Assembly: GCA_963664525.1 (NCBI GenBank) | Contig: OY761535.1 | Span: 975,314-1,039,313 of the forward strand | Direction: 5' to 3' | From: Arenicellales bacterium | GTDB taxonomy: Bacteria > Pseudomonadota > Gammaproteobacteria > Arenicellales > JAJDZL01 | DNA length: 64,000 nt | Part shown: one piece after another, positions 34,461 through 45,967 of the stretch | Position numbering within the stretch: the first letter of the stretch is position 1 | Layout: each line of letters begins with the position of its first letter | Notes under the pieces: generated by a model | Told to the model about the DNA's origin: nothing | What the model saw: the letters and a program-made list of their open reading frames with translations, nothing else | Databases searched by the model: none | Made by a program: the position numbers and the translations under genes

Positions 34461-35398
34461 TGAGCCAGATTGCTGACGCGAGGAATTTGACTCAAGCTCC
34501 GAAATTAACAGATATTTTCTGGAAAAAGCCAGGGCTTTTGATCTTTTGCCTGCTGTTGCCACCTGTTTTGTGGCTTGGGGTCATCTATATCGGTTCGCTT
34601 TTCACCTTGCTGCTTCACAGTTTTTTTTCCATTGATGAATTTTCCGGTCTTATTCGCTACGAATTCACATTGAAAACCTATGCTGAGCTTTTGTCGCCGG
34701 CGAATTTCGATGTCATTTTGAGAACCATTCTGATGGCATGCGCAGTAACCATCGCTGCCGCAATCATCGCGTTTCCGATCGCTTACTATGCCTGTCGCTA
34801 TGCCAACGCCCGAATGAAAGCCTTGTTTTACTTAGGTGTCATGCTTCCGCTTTGGTCGAGTTATTTGGTCAAAATTTACGCATGGAAGCTGATCTTGGCG
34901 AAACAGGGCATTATCAATTGGATGATAGAACAGACCGGTGGTGCCTTTTTGTTAAACGCAGTTCTATCGATACCCGTAGTGGGTGGCAACTCATTGGCCG
35001 TCAGCTATATTGGAACGTTCATTGTCCTGGTGTACGTTTGGCTGCCATTTATGATTTTGCCCGTACAGGCCGCCCTGGAGCGAATTCCAGAATCATTGCT
35101 CGAAGCCTCAGGAGATCTGGGTGCGACTTCGAGGCAAACCTTCAGACTCGTCGTTATTCCCCTGGCTTTGCCGGGAATTATTGCCGGGTCAATCTTCACT
35201 TTTTCTTTGACAATGGGCGATTACATCGTTCCGCAAATCATTGGATCGTCGAGGCGCTTTATCGGCCAGGCCGTTTACGCCCATCAGGGCACAGCGGGCA
35301 ACATTCCTCTGGCAGCCGCATTTGCGGTCGTCCCCATTTGCGTGATGATCCTTTATCTGTATCTAGCCAAAAAACGAGGAGCCTTTGATGCGCTTTAG
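34460..35398 (+). CDS. ABC transporter permease (PotB/YdcU-like)
   Basis: Multi-TM with an EAA-type loop ([27 protein letters not shown]). The start overlaps the upstream stop; GTG 34457 is the alternative start. Confidence 0.85.
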   Translation: MSQIADARNLTQAPKLTDIFWKKPGLLIFCLLLPPVLWLGVIYIGSLFTLLLHSFFSIDEFSGLIRYEFTLKTYAELLSPANFDVILRTILMACAVTIAAAIIAFPIAYYACRYANARMKALFYLGVMLPLWSSYLVKIYAWKLILAKQGIINWMIEQTGGAFLLNAVLSIPVVGGNSLAVSYIGTFIVLVYVWLPFMILPVQAALERIPESLLEASGDLGATSRQTFRLVVIPLALPGIIAGSIFTFSLTMGDYIVPQIIGSSRRFIGQAVYAHQGTAGNIPLAAAFAVVPICVMILYLYLAKKRGAFDAL

Positions 35399-36191
35399 CA
35401 AACGGGCCTCACTTGGGCTGAAAATTTCAGCAAGCTGCGGCTTGGCGTTTTTACATCTGCCAATATTGCTCATTTTTCTCTATGCGTTCACCACCGAAGA
35501 TAAAAGTTACCAATTCCCGCCACCCGGACTGACGCTCAAGTGGTTTGAGGTAACCTGGAACCGACCGGACGTGTGGAGTGCGCTTGAACTTTCGGTTCAA
35601 GTAGCGACCGTGTCGACGTTGTTGGCGCTGGTGTTGGGCACGCTATGTGCAGCGGCCGTCTCAAGAACAAATTTTTTCGGACGCGAGACCATTTCGCTGC
35701 TAGTCATTTTACCCATTGCGCTACCGGGAATCATTACCGGTATCTCACTACGCTCGGCTTTTAACATTCTCGATATTCCGTTTTCAACGTTCACCATCAT
35801 CTTGGGGCACGCGACATTTTGCGTTGTGGTGGTATACAACAACGCAATCGCAAGATTCAGGCGAATGTCAGGTTCCATTATTGAAGCATCGTTCGACCTG
35901 GGGGCAACAGGATTTCAAACGTTTCGCTACATCGTGTTGCCAAATCTGGCGACGGCTTTGCTGGCAGGTGGAATGTTGGCGTTCGCACTATCGTTTGATG
36001 AGGTCATCGTGACGACATTTACGGCCGGTCAACAGCAGACTTTGCCGATTTGGATGCTTGAAGAGTTAGTAAGACCGCGCCAACGCCCGGTTACGAACGT
36101 AGTGGCTATGGTCGTTGTACTGGTGACCTTCCTGCCCATTCTCGGTGCATATTACCTGACTCGAGGTGGTGAATTTACACGCGGCAGATGA
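35388..36191 (+). CDS. ABC transporter permease (PotC/YdcV-like)
   Basis: Multi-TM with an EAA-type loop ([27 protein letters not shown]). It overlaps the upstream gene's 3' end. Confidence 0.85.
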   Translation: MRFSKRASLGLKISASCGLAFLHLPILLIFLYAFTTEDKSYQFPPPGLTLKWFEVTWNRPDVWSALELSVQVATVSTLLALVLGTLCAAAVSRTNFFGRETISLLVILPIALPGIITGISLRSAFNILDIPFSTFTIILGHATFCVVVVYNNAIARFRRMSGSIIEASFDLGATGFQTFRYIVLPNLATALLAGGMLAFALSFDEVIVTTFTAGQQQTLPIWMLEELVRPRQRPVTNVVAMVVVLVTFLPILGAYYLTRGGEFTRGR

Positions 36192-36392
36192 CGAAAATAA
36201 TGTACAATTGAGCGCCATAATTTTCGCTCATTGATTCGGCGATCTCAGTTAGAGAGGCATTCGGTAAACTGCTATTATTCGCAGTCCCATTATTTCCTTT
36301 CAGGGCAGCATCTGGATTCAAAAAATATTTCTAAATATTTTCAGAAACAATTTTTTTGGTGATAAAATTTATTGTTTATTTGGATTTGCTCC

Positions 36393-36474
36393 GGAGGGGT
36401 TCCCGAGCGGCCAAAGGGGACAGACTGTAAATCTGTTGGCTCAGCCTTCGGAGGTTCGAATCCTCCCCCCTCCA
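36393..36474 (+). tRNA. tRNA-Tyr (anticodon GTA), class II with a long variable arm
   Basis: GGAGGGGTTCCCGAGCGGCCAAAGGGGACAGACTGTAAATCTGTT... is near-identical in layout to E. coli tRNA-Tyr. Acceptor GGAGGGG/CCCCTCC. The 3' end reads ACCg, so CCA is not fully encoded. Confidence 0.9.
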
Positions 36475-36519
36475 CCGTATGTGATTTGGACAAAAATCGG
36501 AGTTGAAACCCAGGTTCGC

Positions 36520-36593
36520 GCGGATGTAGTTCAACGGTAGAACCTCAGCCTTCCAAGCTGATGATGTGGGTTCGATTCCCATCATCCGCTCCA
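36520..36593 (+). tRNA. tRNA-Gly (anticodon TCC)
   Basis: Acceptor GCGGATG/CATCCGC, anticodon loop CT-TCC-AA, T-loop GGGTTCGATTCCC, CCA encoded. Confidence 0.9.
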
Positions 36594-36645
36594 GTGGAAA
36601 TAAATAATGGACCCTAAAAAGTTAAAGTTTAAATTTGAACCGTAT

Positions 36646-36721
<76 letters not shown>

Positions 36722-36781
36722 TTGTTGTATTTTGATCACTTTTGTAACTAGTCATATCTAATATTAGCGAGGCATAGGAAA

Positions 36782-37972
36782 TTGGCTAAAGAGAAATTTG
36801 AACGCAATAAACCTCATGTTAACGTCGGAACCATTGGCCACGTCGATCATGGGAAGACAACCCTGACTGCAGCCATTACCAAAGTACTGGCTGAAAAATT
36901 CGGGGGTGAAGTCAAGGCGTTTGCAGACATAGACAATGCGCCTGAAGAACGTGAACGCGGAATTACGATTGCGACCGCACACGTCGAGTATGAATCAGAC
37001 AACCGACACTATGCACACGTTGATTGTCCCGGACACGCGGATTACGTCAAGAACATGATTACTGGTGCTGCCCAAATGGATGGCGCGGTATTGGTCGTAT
37101 CTGCAGCCGACGGACCTGAACCCCAGACTCGTGAGCACGTGCTGCTTGCTCGTCAGGTGGGTGTGCCTTATATCGTGGTTTACCTGAACAAGGCCGATGC
37201 AGTGGATGACGAAGACTTGCTCGAACTGGTTGATCTGGAAGTGCGAGATCTTTTAAGCGAATATGATTTTCCAGGTGATGACACTCCGATTATCGTCGGC
37301 AGCGCCTTAAAAGCACTCGAAGGCGAAGAATCAGAGCTTGGTACAGAATCAATCGTGAAACTGGCTGAAGCCCTTGACGCCTACATACCAGAGCCCGAAC
37401 GCGCCGTTGACGGTGACTTTTTGATGCCGGTTGAAGACGTTTTCTCAATCTCCGGACGAGGCACCGTGGTAACGGGACGCGTAGAGCGCGGCATCGTCAA
37501 CGTCGGCGACAATGTCGAGATCGTAGGTTTGAGAGAAACCAACAAAACAGTTGCGACGGGTGTCGAAATGTTTCGCAAGCTGTTGGATGAAGGACGTGCC
37601 GGAGATAATGTCGGCGTCCTGCTACGCGGCACAAAGAAAAATGAAGTCGAACGCGGTCAAGTGCTTTCAAAGCCTGGCTCCATTACACCGCACACTGAGT
37701 TTGAAGCAGAAGTGTACGTTTTAACGGCCAAAGAAGGCGGACGCAACAAACACTTCACAACCGGTTATAGACCCCAGTTTTATTTCCGTACGACTGACGT
37801 TACCGGCAGCGTGGTTTTGCCCGAAGATGTTCAGGTTGTACTGCCAGGTGACAATGTGCATATGACAGTGAATCTGATCAAGCCCATCGCCATGGAAGAA
37901 GGACTGCGATTTGCAATCCGAGAAGGTGGGCGAACAATCGGCGCAGGCGTAGTGACCAAGATCCTTAAGTAA
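36782..37972 (+). CDS. tuf: elongation factor Tu
   Basis: (M)[27 protein letters not shown]..., [12 protein letters not shown]. Apparent TTG start, with GAGG 9 nt upstream. Confidence 0.97.
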   Translation: MAKEKFERNKPHVNVGTIGHVDHGKTTLTAAITKVLAEKFGGEVKAFADIDNAPEERERGITIATAHVEYESDNRHYAHVDCPGHADYVKNMITGAAQMDGAVLVVSAADGPEPQTREHVLLARQVGVPYIVVYLNKADAVDDEDLLELVDLEVRDLLSEYDFPGDDTPIIVGSALKALEGEESELGTESIVKLAEALDAYIPEPERAVDGDFLMPVEDVFSISGRGTVVTGRVERGIVNVGDNVEIVGLRETNKTVATGVEMFRKLLDEGRAGDNVGVLLRGTKKNEVERGQVLSKPGSITPHTEFEAEVYVLTAKEGGRNKHFTTGYRPQFYFRTTDVTGSVVLPEDVQVVLPGDNVHMTVNLIKPIAMEEGLRFAIREGGRTIGAGVVTKILK

Positions 37973-38016
37973 TTTGAATACAGGAGAAATCTGAAAGGTA
38001 CGCCAGGCAAGCTTGA

Positions 38017-38093
<77 letters not shown>

Positions 38094-38117
38094 CTTTGAT
38101 GCTGGTAGTTTTTGGCT

Positions 38118-38477
38118 ATGTCAAACGCGATTGACAAATTAAAAATACTGGGTGCGATTTTTTTGGTGGTCGCGGGTGTTGCCGCGTTTTATACCATCGA
38201 AAGCAGTTCGCAGTTGTTGCGCGTAGGACTGTTAGTGCTGAGCATCATCGTGGCAGCAGGCGTCGCCTTGACCTCGGTGCAAGGGCAACAGGCATGGGCT
38301 TTTGCCAAAGGTGCAAGAGCCGAATTTCGGAAAATTGTTTGGCCGACACGCAGGGACACGGTGCAAAGCACGCTGATTGTCATCGTGATGGTCATACTGA
38401 TTGGGCTGTTTCTCTGGTTGCTTGACCAGATATCTTTTTGGGTCATTTATGATCTTTTTCTTCAAATTGGAGAATGA
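38118..38477 (+). CDS. secE: preprotein translocase subunit SecE
   Basis: Three hydrophobic segments. Conserved ARAEFRKIVWPTRRDTVQSTLIVIV before the last TM. Position is upstream of nusG. Confidence 0.85.
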   Translation: MSNAIDKLKILGAIFLVVAGVAAFYTIESSSQLLRVGLLVLSIIVAAGVALTSVQGQQAWAFAKGARAEFRKIVWPTRRDTVQSTLIVIVMVILIGLFLWLLDQISFWVIYDLFLQIGE

Positions 38478-38480
38478 CCG

Positions 38481-39092
38481 ATGGCAGATGAAGAATTAAA
38501 ACAGGTCGGGGCAGTACAGCCGTTCGAAGAGCATGCCGAGAATTCAAACCCAGCACCATCTTCAGACGACATGCGCTGGTACGTTTTGCACACCTATTCG
38601 GGACACGAAAAACGGGTGAAAAAAACTCTCGAGGACTACATTCACCTGCAGGACAGCGAAGACATGTTCGGTGATATTCTCGTGCCGACTGAAGAAGTTG
38701 TTGAAATGCGAGCTGGACAGCGGCGCACGACCGAGCGAAACTTTTATCCAGGTTATGTCTTTATCGAAATGAAAATGACACCGCAATCCTGGCATTTGGT
38801 GAACAGCATTCCACAGGTTTCAAGTTTTATCGGCGGCAAGGAACCTACGCCAATTTCAGAGCGCGAAGCACAATCGATCAAAGATCAGGTGCAAGCCGGT
38901 GTGAACAATCCACGACCTCGATTTTATTTTCAACCTGGGGAATTGATTCGAGTGATCGATGGCCCATTTGAAGATTTCAATGGCACTGTGGAAGATGTCA
39001 ATTATGAAAAAAGCAAATTGCGGGTGTCAGTGGCAATTTTCGGCCGCTCGACCCCTGTCGAACTCGATTTCAGTCAAGTTACCAAGAGTTGA
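38481..39092 (+). CDS. nusG: transcription termination/antitermination factor NusG
   Basis: RWYVLHTYSGHEKRVKKTLE..., NGN domain plus C-terminal KOW (GELIRVIDGPFEDFNGTVEDVNYEKSKLRVSV). Confidence 0.93.
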   Translation: MADEELKQVGAVQPFEEHAENSNPAPSSDDMRWYVLHTYSGHEKRVKKTLEDYIHLQDSEDMFGDILVPTEEVVEMRAGQRRTTERNFYPGYVFIEMKMTPQSWHLVNSIPQVSSFIGGKEPTPISEREAQSIKDQVQAGVNNPRPRFYFQPGELIRVIDGPFEDFNGTVEDVNYEKSKLRVSVAIFGRSTPVELDFSQVTKS

Positions 39093-39125
39093 TGAATCTT
39101 GGAATTAACTTCGGATTAAATATTT

Positions 39126-39557
39126 ATGGCAAAGAAAATAACAGCTTACATTAAATTGCAGGTGCCTGCTAAAAACGCCCAGCCCGGACCGCCTGTCGGT
39201 CCAGCATTGGGACAGCATGGTCTCAATATTATGGAGTTTTGCAAAGCGTTTAATGCCAAGACGCAGACCCTTGAAGATGGCATGCCTATACCGGTTGTCA
39301 TTACGGTTTATGCCGACAGGAGTTTTTCATTTATTACGAAAACACCACCTGCGTCTTACTTGCTGAAAAAAGCGGCAGGGGTCGAAAAAGGTAGCGCAGA
39401 ACCGAATCGCAATAAAGTGGGAGTCGTTACGCGAACACAACTCGAAGAGATCGTTGCATTGAAAAATCCCGATCTGAACAGTTACGAGACTGAACAAGCG
39501 CTTCACATCATCGCCGGCAGCGCTCGCAGCATGGGCTTGGAAGTTAAGGAGAACTAA
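39126..39557 (+). CDS. rplK: 50S ribosomal protein L11
   Basis: [43 protein letters not shown]. Confidence 0.97.
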   Translation: MAKKITAYIKLQVPAKNAQPGPPVGPALGQHGLNIMEFCKAFNAKTQTLEDGMPIPVVITVYADRSFSFITKTPPASYLLKKAAGVEKGSAEPNRNKVGVVTRTQLEEIVALKNPDLNSYETEQALHIIAGSARSMGLEVKEN

Positions 39558-39559
39558 CG

Positions 39560-40258
39560 ATGGCGAAATCCGGAAAACGAACTCAGAAAATTGAAGCGTT
39601 GGTCGAACCCACCGCAACCTACCCGCTGGAAGAAGCGATGAGCCTGATCAAGCAGACTGCTTCGGCAAAATTTAATGAAACAGTTGAAGTTGCCATCACT
39701 TTGGGTGTCGATGCACGAAAATCTGATCAAAACGTGCGAGGCTCTGCACAATTGCCACGCGGGCTGGGCAAAACCGTCAGGGTGGCTGTCTTCGCTTCCG
39801 GTGAAAAAGCCCAGGAAGCATTGGATGCCGGTGCCGACATCGTTGGACTGGAAGAATTAATCGACGACGTAAAAAACGACAAGATTGAATTTGACGCATG
39901 CATTGCCGAGCCCGATGCGATGAAAAAGGTCGCCTCGGTCGGTAGGAAATTAGGTCCCAAAGGACTCATGCCGAATCCAAAGACCGGAACGGTTCGCAGC
40001 GACGTTGCAAATGCAGTCAAAGAAGCCAAGGCCGGTAAGGTTGATTTTCGAATTGACCGGGCAGGCATCGTTCATTGTGGTATCGGCAAAGCCTCTTTTG
40101 ATACCGACGCACTGACCGAAAATCTGACAGAACTGATGCGAGCGTTGAAACGGGCGCAGCCAGCCACTTCAAAAGGACAGTTCATCCGTAAGGTGTCACT
40201 GTCGACAACAATGGGTCCTGGCATTCGCGTCGATGCATTGGAACTGGCGCGTTTGTAG
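39560..40258 (+). CDS. rplA: 50S ribosomal protein L1
   Basis: MAKSGKRTQKIEALVEP...FNETVEVAITLGVDARKSDQNVRG. Confidence 0.97.
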   Translation: MAKSGKRTQKIEALVEPTATYPLEEAMSLIKQTASAKFNETVEVAITLGVDARKSDQNVRGSAQLPRGLGKTVRVAVFASGEKAQEALDAGADIVGLEELIDDVKNDKIEFDACIAEPDAMKKVASVGRKLGPKGLMPNPKTGTVRSDVANAVKEAKAGKVDFRIDRAGIVHCGIGKASFDTDALTENLTELMRALKRAQPATSKGQFIRKVSLSTTMGPGIRVDALELARL

Positions 40259-40314
40259 TCAAAGAAACGTCATCACCACAACCAGGCCTGAACCAGATAG
40301 AGATAGTTACACTG

Positions 40315-40836
40315 ATGAATGAGAATCTCCAGCGAAAACACGAAATAGTCGACGAGATCCACAACGGCTTCAAGGCAGCGAATATGGCCATTATTGCCGA
40401 ATACCGCGGGGTTGACGTCAGCGGCATGAGTGAATTGCGAAAAAACGCTCGTGAAGCCAATGTTCAAATTCAGGTCGTTAAAAATACGTTGGCCAAACGT
40501 GCCGCTGAAAATACAGATTTCGAGTGCCTGATTGAACATTTTAACGGCCCGCTGGCGATCGCTTTGGCACAAGACCCGGTTGGCGCTGCGAAAACCTTAA
40601 CTGATTTTGCCAAGAATCAACCGAATTTCAAAGTCCAAACAGGCGCGCTGAATGGCGAACTGGTCAATGCCGAACAGCTCAATGAGCTGGCTCAGTTGCC
40701 AGGACGCGAACAGCTGCTGGCTCAATTGCTGGGCACGATGGCCGCACCGATGCAAAAGCTGGTCGCCACCTTAAATGCACTGCCGACAAATCTGGTTTAT
40801 GCACTGGTCGCAATTCGCGACCAAAAGGCCGGATAA
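40315..40836 (+). CDS. rplJ: 50S ribosomal protein L10
   Basis: 173 aa. [10 protein letters not shown] and the position between rplA and rplL. Confidence 0.93.
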   Translation: MNENLQRKHEIVDEIHNGFKAANMAIIAEYRGVDVSGMSELRKNAREANVQIQVVKNTLAKRAAENTDFECLIEHFNGPLAIALAQDPVGAAKTLTDFAKNQPNFKVQTGALNGELVNAEQLNELAQLPGREQLLAQLLGTMAAPMQKLVATLNALPTNLVYALVAIRDQKAG

Positions 40837-40903
40837 ATTCCAGACCCGAAATTTAATTTACGAATATAGTCATTCACTTAAACTTAATCCGCGAGGAAAA
40901 ATT

Positions 40904-41287
40904 ATGTCTGTATCAAGACAAGAAATCATTGAAGCCATATCCGATATGTCAGTACTTGATCTTTCTGAACTGATCAAGGAAATGGAAGATAAGTTTGGCG
41001 TATCTGCCAGTGCTCCAGTGGCAATGGTGGGAGCTGCCGTCGCCGGCGACGCTGCCGTCGAAGAAGCCGAAGAGCAGACTGAATTTACAGTGGTCTTGAC
41101 TTCAGCCGGAGACAAGAAAATTGGCGTCATCAAAGTCGTTCGCGCAGCTGCAGGTCTTGGTCTGAAAGAATCCAAGGACCTGACTGAAAATCTGCCCGCG
41201 ACAGTACTGGAAGGCATTGCAAAAGAAGAAGCGGATAAACTGAAGGCAGAAATCGAAGAAGCCGGCGGCTCAGCGGAAGTTAAGTAG
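40904..41287 (+). CDS. rplL: 50S ribosomal protein L7/L12
   Basis: [33 protein letters not shown]...[21 protein letters not shown] lies upstream of ATG 40904. The ORF-track start at 40775 is an upstream extension. Confidence 0.96.
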   Translation: MSVSRQEIIEAISDMSVLDLSELIKEMEDKFGVSASAPVAMVGAAVAGDAAVEEAEEQTEFTVVLTSAGDKKIGVIKVVRAAAGLGLKESKDLTENLPATVLEGIAKEEADKLKAEIEEAGGSAEVK

Positions 41288-41349
41288 CTGATTTTCGGCT
41301 TCACCCCGCATCCCAATCATCGCTGCTCGCGTCACTTTCACTACAGACG

Positions 41350-41368
41350 GCTCTATCAGTGATAGAGC
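41350..41368. repeat. perfect 19-bp palindrome in the rplL-rpoB intergenic region, tetO-like
   Basis: GCTCTATCAGTGATAGAGC. 16 of 19 positions match the classical tet operator TCCCTATCAGTGATAGAGA. A second palindrome, ACGCGCGCGCGT (41375-41386), and then TTTGTT follow. Confidence 0.9.
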
Positions 41369-41426
41369 GGTTGTACGCGCGCGCGTTTGTTCCTGATTCA
41401 ACCAACTCGATAGGTCACTTTATCCC

Positions 41427-44400
41427 ATGAACTACAGTTTTACCGAAAAGAAACGAATCCGGAAAAACTTTGGTAAACGCACCGACGTCTTACCAGTTCC
41501 TTACCTGTTGGAAATACAGCGAAGTTCGTATCTTAAGTTCTTGCAAACCGATGCAGACCCTGGAAAGCGGGAAAACGTCGGGTTGCAGGCCGCGTTCAAT
41601 TCCGCATTTCCAATTGCCAGTCAAAATGAACTCATTGAGTTGCAGTTTGATGAATATCGCCTCGACCCACCCAAATTCGATGAAGTGGAGTGCCGTCAGC
41701 GGGGTTTGACCTATACCGCACCGCTGAAAGCAACGCTCAAATTGGTCAGTTTCGATCGCGTCGAAAGCGGTGATGACAGTAGTGAACGAGTCGTCAAGGA
41801 TGTCAAGGAAAGTGAAGCGGTTTATATCGGTGAGATACCACTGATGACCGAAAGCGGTTCATTCATCATTAATGGCACCGAAAGGGTCGTGGTCTCACAA
41901 CTGCATCGCTCACCGGGCGTATTTTTAGACCATGACAAGGGCAAGAGTCACTCGTCCGGTAAAGTGCTCTTTAACTGTCGCATCATTCCGTATTGGGGCT
42001 CTTGGCTCGATTTTGAATTTGATGCAAAAGATCATCTGTACATGCGAATTGATCGCAAAAAGAAAGAACCTGCAACCATGCTGTTGCGTGCGATGGGATT
42101 TGATACCGAAAAAATTCTACGAACATTTTTTGAATTCGTCTCATACCGCTTGAACGACAACGGAACGCTGACCATGGAAATGTCGGATCCGAAAAAACTG
42201 CGCGGTCTGGTTCTGGACTTTGATATCAAGACTCGTGGTGGCAAAGCAGTCATCGAAAGAGGCCGCAGAATCAACCAGGCTGACATACAAAAACTCAAGT
42301 CCTCGAGATTAAAGGAATTTGAGGTGCCCGTTTCGTTCCTGGAAGGTCAATCGCTGGCGACAGACATTATTGCGAAAGGTGATGGCGGTCTGGTAGAAAC
42401 CTTTGGATTGCGCAAGGACGGACAGTACACATTGGTGCTGGAATCGGTAGACCGGCTGATTGGCACGAGCTTTGAATTTGATATGGTCGACCGCTCCGGC
42501 GAAACCATCGTTAAAGCCGGCGCCATTATCGGGACCGATGACGTCGCGAAAATCAAAGCACTGGGTATTAAACGAATTGCCGTTCCGGAAGTGTACCTCG
42601 ATGGTAAATTAGCTGTCGAAGTGATTACATCATCGGCGACTGGAGAAGTATTGATGCAAATCGGCGATGCTTATTCAAGTGCTGACGAAACAATGCAGAA
42701 GTTGCTGGATGAAGGAGTCTCGCAAGTCAAGTTGCTCAGTGGCGCAGACAATTATGCCAAAGGTGAAGTCGTCGCATCCGCCAATCAAATGTTCGATGAC
42801 ACAGGTGAATTGTTTGCTGAACTTCGAATCGCAGGGGTCAAGGAATTTCAGACAATCGATACGAATGAAATTGATCGTGGCCCATATGTATCAGAAACAC
42901 TGCGAATCGATTCCACGCAAGACGAACTGGATGCCAAAAAGCGCATTTATCGAATGATGCGACCCGGTGACCCGCCCACGGTCGAAGCTGCTGAATATTT
43001 GTTCAAGTCACTGTTTTTCTCACCCGACCGATACAATTTGTCGGCGGTTGGACGGATGAAGCTTTCCCGACGGCTCCAAAGAGAGGAAACAAACGGTTCT
43101 ACCGTGCTGGATGAATCCGACATTGTGGATGTAATGAAGCTGTTAATTGACCTTAAAGATGGCAATGAAACAGTTGATGACATTGACAATCTTGGGAACC
43201 GGCGAGTGCGATCTGTCGGCGAATTGGTCGAAAACCAATTTCGAACCGGCTTGTCTCGTGTGGAGCGGGCGGTTAAAGAACGTCTAAGCCAGGTGGATGT
43301 CGGTACACTCACCCCACAAGACTTGATCAATGCGAAGCCGGTGTCATCGGTGGTTCGGGAGTTTTTCCGTTCCAGCCAACTGTCGCAATTCATGGATCAA
43401 ACCAATCCGCTTTCCGAAGTCACTCACAAGCGAAGGGTGACAGCACTAGGACCAGGCGGACTTTCTCGCGAACGCGCTGGCTTCGAAGTCAGGGACGTTC
43501 ATCCGACCCATTACGGACGCGTCTGTCCGATTGAGACACCGGAAGGACCAAACATTGGACTGATCAATTCTTTGTCAATGTACGCGAGAATCAACAATTA
43601 TGGATTCCTGGAGACACCGTACAGAAAGGTCGTCAGTGGCAAAGTGTCCAGCAACTTGGAAGATGTTCATTTTCTGTCTGCAATTGAAGAAGGTGAATTT
43701 TTCATTGCACCGACCAATGTCGCATCAGGAGACAAAGGACAGCTGACCAAGGACCTGGTGCCGTGTCGGCGAGGTAACGAATTTACCTTAGCAAGCCCAG
43801 AACAGATCGATTATGTTGACGTTGCCCCGGCGCAGATTGTGTCAATTGCCACAGCTTGTATTCCTTTTCTGGAACACGACGATGCAAACCGTGCCCTGAT
43901 GGGATCCAACATGCAACGTCAGGCAGTGCCAACAATCGAAACGGAGGCGCCACTGATTGGAACAGGTACCGAACGCACAGTTGGGGTGGAATCCGGTGCG
44001 ACAGTATCTGCCTTGCGCGGCGGAACCGTTGAATCCGTCGATAGCGGTCGTATCGTGATTCGCGCCGACGATACAGAAACCAGTGAGCAGGATTCCGGGG
44101 TCGATATCTACTCTCTAGTCAAATATCGACGGTCCAATCAAAGCACCACGATTAACCAGCGTCCCCTGGTCAAGGTTGGCGACCAGATTCAACGGGGCGA
44201 CACCATCGCTGACGGTCCTGCAACCAATTTGGGTGAACTCGCACTTGGACGCAACATTCTGGTTGCCTTTATGGCCTGGTGTGGGTACAACTTCGAAGAT
44301 TCAATCGTAATATCCGAGCGCCTGGTGCAAGATGAAGTCTATACCACGGTGCATATTGAGGAATTTTCGGTTGAGGCACGCGATACGCGTTTGGGACCTG

Positions 44401-45920
44401 AAGAAATTACCCGGGACATACCCAACGTGCGCGAATCAGCACTGTCCAAACTTGACGAGTCAGGAATCATATTCAACGGTGCCCAGGTCGGACCCGGTGA
44501 TGTATTGGTTGGAAAAGTATCGCCCAAAGGTGATGTTCAGCCAACTCCTGAACAGAAACTGATGTTTGCAATTTTTGGTGAAAAAGCCTCAGACATCAAG
44601 GATACATCGCTCAAAATGCCACCTGGAACGACCGGTACAGTCATTGATGTGCAGGTTTTCACACGTGAAGGCATTGACCGGGACAGTCGTGCAGAAGAAA
44701 ACATAGCCTTGGAAATCGACAGCGTACGCAAAGACCTGGACGAAAAATACCGCATTGAAGAGCGAGCTGCTTTTGACCGGATTAAAGCCATATTAGTCGA
44801 CCAGATTGCAGAAGGCGGTCCCAATGGACTGAAAAAAGGCGATTCAATCAGCGCACAATACCTGGAAGGGCTAAAACGCAAGGAGTGGTTTGAGGTCAGA
44901 GTACGCGATGATTCGATTGCACGACAGTTTGAAGCAGTACGCGAATTGATTGACGCAAAGCGTCAGCAATATGACAAAGAGTTTGAAGACAAACGTGGCA
45001 AAATCGAAGAGGGTGACGATCTTAAGACCGGCGTGCTCAAACGGGTCAAGGTATTCGTCGCAATAAAACGCCGCTTACAACCGGGCGACAAAATGGCAGG
45101 CCGTCATGGCAACAAGGGCGTGATTTCGAATATTGTGCCCATTGAGGACATGCCCCATTTGGCCGACGGTACGCCCGTTGATATTATTCTCAATCCGCTT
45201 GGCGTTCCGTCTCGTATGAATATCGGACAAGTGCTCGAAACGCATTTGGGCTGGGCTTCGAAGGAAATTGGCCGACAAATCGGTGAGATGATCGACGCAG
45301 GCTCCAAAGCTCCGCAAATGCGTAAGCACTTGCAGTCCTTCTACAGTTCAAAATCCGAACGTGCGCTGCTCAAGTCGCTCAATGCTCGCCAGCTGATGGA
45401 ACTTTCAGAAAACCTTCGAAATGGTCTGCCAATGGCAACTCCCGTCTTTGACGGCGCTACGGAAACCGAAGTCAAGGAAATGCTTGAGATTGCCGGTTTA
45501 CCCACCAGCGGACAAACAATTCTTCACGATGGGAGAACGGGTGAGGCTTTTGATCGACCTGTCACAGTGGGCTACATGTACATGTTAAAGCTCACACATC
45601 TGGTCGATGAAAAAATGCATTCGCGCTCTACCGGGCCATATAGCCTGGTTACACAGCAGCCCTTGGGCGGTAAAGCCATGGGCGGTGGCCAACGCTTTGG
45701 AGAGATGGAAGTTTGGGCATTGGAAGCTTATGGTGCAGCCTATACACTACAGGAAATGTTGACCGTCAAGTCCGATGACATGTTTGGCCGATCAAAGATA
45801 TATGAAAACATTATCGCAGGTCGCCATCGCATGGAAGCCAATACACCGGAATCATTCAATGTGTTGGTAAAAGAAATTCGATCGCTTGGCCTGAATGTAG
45901 AAATGCGGGATTCCAAGTAG
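41427..45920 (+). CDS. rpoB: DNA-directed RNA polymerase subunit beta (enlarged, 1497 aa)
   Basis: [18 protein letters not shown]..., [81 protein letters not shown]. Confidence 0.98.
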   Translation: MNYSFTEKKRIRKNFGKRTDVLPVPYLLEIQRSSYLKFLQTDADPGKRENVGLQAAFNSAFPIASQNELIELQFDEYRLDPPKFDEVECRQRGLTYTAPLKATLKLVSFDRVESGDDSSERVVKDVKESEAVYIGEIPLMTESGSFIINGTERVVVSQLHRSPGVFLDHDKGKSHSSGKVLFNCRIIPYWGSWLDFEFDAKDHLYMRIDRKKKEPATMLLRAMGFDTEKILRTFFEFVSYRLNDNGTLTMEMSDPKKLRGLVLDFDIKTRGGKAVIERGRRINQADIQKLKSSRLKEFEVPVSFLEGQSLATDIIAKGDGGLVETFGLRKDGQYTLVLESVDRLIGTSFEFDMVDRSGETIVKAGAIIGTDDVAKIKALGIKRIAVPEVYLDGKLAVEVITSSATGEVLMQIGDAYSSADETMQKLLDEGVSQVKLLSGADNYAKGEVVASANQMFDDTGELFAELRIAGVKEFQTIDTNEIDRGPYVSETLRIDSTQDELDAKKRIYRMMRPGDPPTVEAAEYLFKSLFFSPDRYNLSAVGRMKLSRRLQREETNGSTVLDESDIVDVMKLLIDLKDGNETVDDIDNLGNRRVRSVGELVENQFRTGLSRVERAVKERLSQVDVGTLTPQDLINAKPVSSVVREFFRSSQLSQFMDQTNPLSEVTHKRRVTALGPGGLSRERAGFEVRDVHPTHYGRVCPIETPEGPNIGLINSLSMYARINNYGFLETPYRKVVSGKVSSNLEDVHFLSAIEEGEFFIAPTNVASGDKGQLTKDLVPCRRGNEFTLASPEQIDYVDVAPAQIVSIATACIPFLEHDDANRALMGSNMQRQAVPTIETEAPLIGTGTERTVGVESGATVSALRGGTVESVDSGRIVIRADDTETSEQDSGVDIYSLVKYRRSNQSTTINQRPLVKVGDQIQRGDTIADGPATNLGELALGRNILVAFMAWCGYNFEDSIVISERLVQDEVYTTVHIEEFSVEARDTRLGPEEITRDIPNVRESALSKLDESGIIFNGAQVGPGDVLVGKVSPKGDVQPTPEQKLMFAIFGEKASDIKDTSLKMPPGTTGTVIDVQVFTREGIDRDSRAEENIALEIDSVRKDLDEKYRIEERAAFDRIKAILVDQIAEGGPNGLKKGDSISAQYLEGLKRKEWFEVRVRDDSIARQFEAVRELIDAKRQQYDKEFEDKRGKIEEGDDLKTGVLKRVKVFVAIKRRLQPGDKMAGRHGNKGVISNIVPIEDMPHLADGTPVDIILNPLGVPSRMNIGQVLETHLGWASKEIGRQIGEMIDAGSKAPQMRKHLQSFYSSKSERALLKSLNARQLMELSENLRNGLPMATPVFDGATETEVKEMLEIAGLPTSGQTILHDGRTGEAFDRPVTVGYMYMLKLTHLVDEKMHSRSTGPYSLVTQQPLGGKAMGGGQRFGEMEVWALEAYGAAYTLQEMLTVKSDDMFGRSKIYENIIAGRHRMEANTPESFNVLVKEIRSLGLNVEMRDSK

Positions 45921-45967
45921 GCGATTAACGTTGTACAAAACGAACAAACAAAATTGAGAGTTGCAGT

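Noticed and set aside
34738-35388. 216-aa alternative-frame ORF within the PotB-like permease gene, and the 198-aa antisense ORF at 32555-33151 in the SBP gene
   Set aside because: The annotated frames give clear ABC permease and SBP sequences. The alternative frames are Arg/Ser-rich products of GC-richer DNA.
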